Below are positions 7,389 through 10,320 of a stretch of 10,320 nucleotides of DNA, in pieces (within the stretch, counting starts at the first letter, position 1; each line of letters begins with the position of its first letter). The translations under genes were made by a program, and so were the position numbers. A model generated the notes under the pieces. That model was not told where the DNA came from. It worked only from the letters and a program-made list of their open reading frames with translations, and ran no database searches. The stretch covers positions 1 through 10,320 of the forward strand of contig JANMKN010000271.1 of the NCBI GenBank assembly GCA_031372065.1. Reading direction: 5' to 3'. Origin of the DNA: Abditibacteriaceae bacterium (GTDB lineage: Bacteria > Armatimonadota > Abditibacteriia > Abditibacteriales > Abditibacteriaceae).

Positions 7389-7426
7389 TTAGCATGATGT
7401 CCTACCTGCGTAGGACATCATGCTAA
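7389..7426. terminator. Perfect 17-bp stem-loop between the two paralogues
   Basis: TTAGCATGATGTCCTAC-CTGC-GTAGGACATCATGCTAA begins 7 nt after the stop. The T-rich run is set back a few nt (7433-7440), so terminator versus stabiliser is unresolved. Confidence 0.6.
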
Positions 7427-7506
7427 CGCAAATTTTATTTGGGAATGCGTTTTGCCATTCCCCAAAAACGGCATTCTTTGCCGTTGGCGAACTGGAGAAA
7501 TTCAAG

Positions 7507-8580
7507 ATGAAAACGACGAAAAAAACACAATGGGCCGCATTGACTGCCATAACTGTGGCGGGCGGAATCGGCCAACAAGCTGCGGATGCAGCGACAGTGC
7601 AGTTGAATGGTCAGCCGTTACAAACTTCCGTGGCGCCGATGATTTATCGTGGTCGCACTTTGGTGCCTATGCGCGATATTTTTGAAGCCTTAGGGGCCAA
7701 GGTGCAGTGGGATGCCTACACACAAGGCATCACCGCGACCCGCGCTACCACGACTGTTAAAATGCAAATGGGACGCGCTCAGGCCTCGTTGAATGGTCAA
7801 CCCATACGCCTTGACCAAGCGCCTTTGGTTGTCAATGGCCGCACTTTGGTGCCGCTGCGTTTCGTTTCTGAAGCGATGGGGGCGCAAGTCGGTTGGGATA
7901 ACCGTTTGCAACTGGTTTCGATTTCGACAAATGGGACGATGCCTTCGGGTGGTGGCACTGCTGTTGCTGGCGTGCGCACCATCAATGTTCCTGCCGGTGT
8001 TGTTGTTCCCGTAACGCTGGATCAGGAAATTTCCTCTGCCACAGCGCGCGTTGGCGATGTATTCACCTCCACCGTGAAAAGTGACCGTCTGGGTGATTCT
8101 GAATTCCCCGGCGGCAGCAAAATTGAAGGCGTGGTCACTGAAGTAGTGAAAAAAGTCGGCAACGAGCCGGGCGTTCTTGATTTGCAATTCCGTTCGATCA
8201 CTCTCCCAGATAACACACGGCTGCCCATTCGCGGTCAACTGATTGCTATGGATGGCGACGGTGTGACCAATACCAACGGACGCATTGTGGCCCCGGCTGC
8301 CAAAGGTGGCAGCAATAAGCTGAAAGTTATCGGCATTGGTGCCGGTGCTGGTTATCTGATTGGCAAAGTGTTACTCAAAAAGGATGGTATCCTTTCTGCT
8401 GTCTTAGGCGCCGCAGGCGGTTACCTTTACGACGCCTCGAAGAACAAGAAAAAGGCTGCCGACGCCCGCGTTGCCGCTGGCTCAGTATTGGGAGTGCGCT
8501 TGAACCAAGCTGTCGCTTATCGCGACACTACTGGCTATGCGACCAACCGCGAGCAGGTATTAGGAGTTAAGTTGCAATAG
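7507..8580 (+). CDS. Secreted protein: copper amine oxidase N-terminal domain + one TrbI/VirB10-like glycine-hairpin domain; paralogue of 5063..7381
   Basis: Start moved from 7420 to ATG 7507 because of the GGAGA SD, the signal peptide MKTTKKTQWAALTAITVAGG…ADA-A that parallels the upstream paralogue, and because 7420 lies inside a hairpin. Same motifs: RTLVPMRDIFEALGA, GDSEFPGGSKIEG, PGVLDLQFR, KVIGIGAGAGYLIGKVL…VLGAAGGYLY. Confidence 0.9.
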   Translation: MKTTKKTQWAALTAITVAGGIGQQAADAATVQLNGQPLQTSVAPMIYRGRTLVPMRDIFEALGAKVQWDAYTQGITATRATTTVKMQMGRAQASLNGQPIRLDQAPLVVNGRTLVPLRFVSEAMGAQVGWDNRLQLVSISTNGTMPSGGGTAVAGVRTINVPAGVVVPVTLDQEISSATARVGDVFTSTVKSDRLGDSEFPGGSKIEGVVTEVVKKVGNEPGVLDLQFRSITLPDNTRLPIRGQLIAMDGDGVTNTNGRIVAPAAKGGSNKLKVIGIGAGAGYLIGKVLLKKDGILSAVLGAAGGYLYDASKNKKKAADARVAAGSVLGVRLNQAVAYRDTTGYATNREQVLGVKLQ

Positions 8581-8617
8581 GCCGTCTTCAAACCAAATTA
8601 AAGGTTGCCGAATTGGG

Positions 8618-8656
8618 AACAGCCGGACGCGTAATGCGTCCGGCTGTTTGGTTTTT
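8618..8656 (+). terminator. Rho-independent terminator
   Basis: 13-bp stem AACAGCCGGACGC-GTAAT-GCGTCCGGCTGTT followed by TGGTTTTT. Confidence 0.8.
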
Positions 8657-8687
8657 GGGTAGACTTTTTATTTGATTGAAGGGAATT

Positions 8688-9419
8688 ATGACTATCCTCG
8701 CCAAGGGAAAACTGTGCTTTTATGGATTCGTTGCTTTGGGATGTGCCGCTTCGATTCGCAACGCGCAGACCGCCCCGGCCTTAAGCGCGGCAGATAAGAA
8801 TGTTACGCAGCAGGTCGAACAGATTCTGCGCACGCGCATTTCCAGTCCAAACAAGAATTTGAAATTAGTGGTGCGACCCACATCACGGTCGCGGGATGGC
8901 TATTTTTCTGAAATTATCATCGAAGGCAAGCCCATCCGAATCAAAAAACTAAGCATTGCCGAATTCTCGCTGCGTGCCAAGGATGTGCGCATTTCAGTCG
9001 CTGGACTTAAGGAGCAAAAGATTCGCACTTTGCAATCGAACACCAAATTTCACGCGGTTGTGAACGAGAATGACCTAACCCAAATGTTTGCGCGTGGCAA
9101 GCACACCAAAGGTATGGGCTTAAAAGCGAAGTATCTCAAAGACCCAGCTCATGGCGATGTCTTGCAGATTTCGGGAAACTGGAAATGGACGCTATTTAAT
9201 GGCCCGGTAACAGGCATGGGAAAGTTACGGGTCACAAAAGACAACCAAGTCTATGCCGATATTATTTCGCTGAAACTGAATGGGGCCGAAGTGCCCGGTT
9301 TTGTAAAAGACAAATTTAGCGAAAGTTTGAATCCTGTTTTAGATTACAATGATGTGCCCTTTCAGCCACGTTTTCGCACCCTGACAGTGCAAGGCACTGA
9401 GGCTATCTTGAATGGATAA
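8688..9419 (+). CDS. LmeA/DUF2993-like putative phospholipid-binding exported protein
   Basis: N-terminal hydrophobic/signal segment. The beta-rich pattern GYFSEIIIEG…FSLRAKDVRI…AVVNENDLTQMF…LNPVLDYNDVPF…LTVQGTEAILNG resembles DUF2993. ATG 8688 follows GAAGGG (alternative TTG 8676), and a TAGACT -10-like hexamer is at 8660-8665. Confidence 0.65.
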   Translation: MTILAKGKLCFYGFVALGCAASIRNAQTAPALSAADKNVTQQVEQILRTRISSPNKNLKLVVRPTSRSRDGYFSEIIIEGKPIRIKKLSIAEFSLRAKDVRISVAGLKEQKIRTLQSNTKFHAVVNENDLTQMFARGKHTKGMGLKAKYLKDPAHGDVLQISGNWKWTLFNGPVTGMGKLRVTKDNQVYADIISLKLNGAEVPGFVKDKFSESLNPVLDYNDVPFQPRFRTLTVQGTEAILNG

Positions 9420-9428
9420 TTTCAAATA

Positions 9429-10280
9429 GTGAAATTCCCCCCTTGGTTCTCGTTGGTATCGCAGCCTCCTTTTAGCGATCTCTTGAGCGTGCTGGCGATT
9501 ATCGCAGGCACGCTCGTTTTATGGGCGCTCATAAAACGAGCGGCGCGGCGCACACGCCTGCGTTTCGAGCAAAATAATTTCCTGCATTCACGGCTTGATC
9601 CAAATGCCGCAAGTGTTGTGGCGCAACGTGTGACCGCGCTACAACTGGTAGTCAACAGCGCCCGTTATCTGCTTTTCGGCGCCGCGATACTCGCCATTTT
9701 TACACGCCTCGACCTTATAAAATCTGATTCGTTATTGTTCCCTGCCGGGTTTTTAGGTGCCGCTTTGGGTTTGGGCGCGCAAAATTTAGTGCGCGATGTA
9801 GTGGCTGGCGTTTTTATTGTGTTTGAAAACCAATTTGCCGTGAATGATTGGGTCAAAATTAATGGTGTAATTGGTCAGATTGAGGAAGTTGGCCTGCGTG
9901 TGACACGCCTGCGTGATGAGACGGCGCAAGTGCATTTCTTCCCGAACGGCTCCATTTCAACAGTGGCACGATTTCCTCGTGTAGAGCAAACCTTAATCCT
10001 ATGGGTGCCACTGGCGGACGAGACGCGTGATGAAAAAAGTCTGCAAACTGTCAGCAATGCCTTGGGAAATTTCGACCTCGTTCATGATGCGTGGAGCGGC
10101 CCGGCGCAGCAATTGGAAAATGAAGGTTGTTATCTACGATTTGCTTTATCTGTAACGCCAGCACAGGGCGCCATCGTGCGCGAAAAATTGCCACAACGCG
10201 TCACGGCGGCTTGGGAATTTTTAGGAGTCAAAAACGACGCGGGCGCGGTGTTAGAAATTACCGCCGCGCCCGCTGGCTGA
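9429..10280 (+). CDS. Small-conductance mechanosensitive channel (MscS family)
   Basis: Three hydrophobic segments, then AGFLGAALGLGAQNLVRDVVAGVFIVFENQFAVNDWVKINGVIGQIEEVGLRVTRLRD…FFPNG, the MscS TM3 plus beta-domain signature. GTG start 9 nt after the previous stop. Confidence 0.93.
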   Translation: MKFPPWFSLVSQPPFSDLLSVLAIIAGTLVLWALIKRAARRTRLRFEQNNFLHSRLDPNAASVVAQRVTALQLVVNSARYLLFGAAILAIFTRLDLIKSDSLLFPAGFLGAALGLGAQNLVRDVVAGVFIVFENQFAVNDWVKINGVIGQIEEVGLRVTRLRDETAQVHFFPNGSISTVARFPRVEQTLILWVPLADETRDEKSLQTVSNALGNFDLVHDAWSGPAQQLENEGCYLRFALSVTPAQGAIVREKLPQRVTAAWEFLGVKNDAGAVLEITAAPAG

Positions 10281-10320
10281 AACTTGCCGAATCAAATTTT
10301 AGCGTCGCCCGCCAATGGTG

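Noticed and set aside
7420..7506. N-terminal 29-aa extension of the second paralogue given by the ORF track
   Set aside because: ATG 7420 lies inside a 17-bp hairpin with no SD, whereas ATG 7507 has an SD and yields a normal signal peptide.
5063..8580. Calling these proteins copper amine oxidases, or the locus a conjugative element
   Set aside because: Only the non-catalytic N-terminal domain is present. No relaxase, VirB4, coupling protein or integrase is in the window.
10281..10320. Possible 3' end of a convergent minus-strand gene
   Set aside because: Only 40 nt are available and the reading frame cannot be determined.

Overview
Bacterial chromosomal segment with all credible genes on the + strand. 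The left ~1.8 kb looks accessory or decaying. It holds the 3' end of an upstream gene, a lower-GC hypothetical gene, a beta-class amino DNA methyltransferase in frame with that gene but with no canonical start for its conserved N-terminus, and a 44-codon coupled ORF. That ORF stops exactly at a composite repeat element: a 7 x 21-bp tandem array between 16-bp inverted repeats, fused to a 33-bp-stem MITE/REP-like hairpin. Next come a secreted DUF6438-like protein and uvrB, both apparently leaderless from an identical extended -10 box, followed by an inverted heptamer-repeat hairpin. The right half is an envelope cluster: two paralogous secreted proteins pairing a copper-amine-oxidase-N (stalk) domain with TrbI/VirB10-like glycine-hairpin domains (one also has a YQPTQPV heptad linker), a LmeA/DUF2993-like protein and an MscS-family channel. 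Family calls come from recalled motifs, not database searches. The gene content suggests an Armatimonadota/Abditibacteriota-like host, but that is only an impression.
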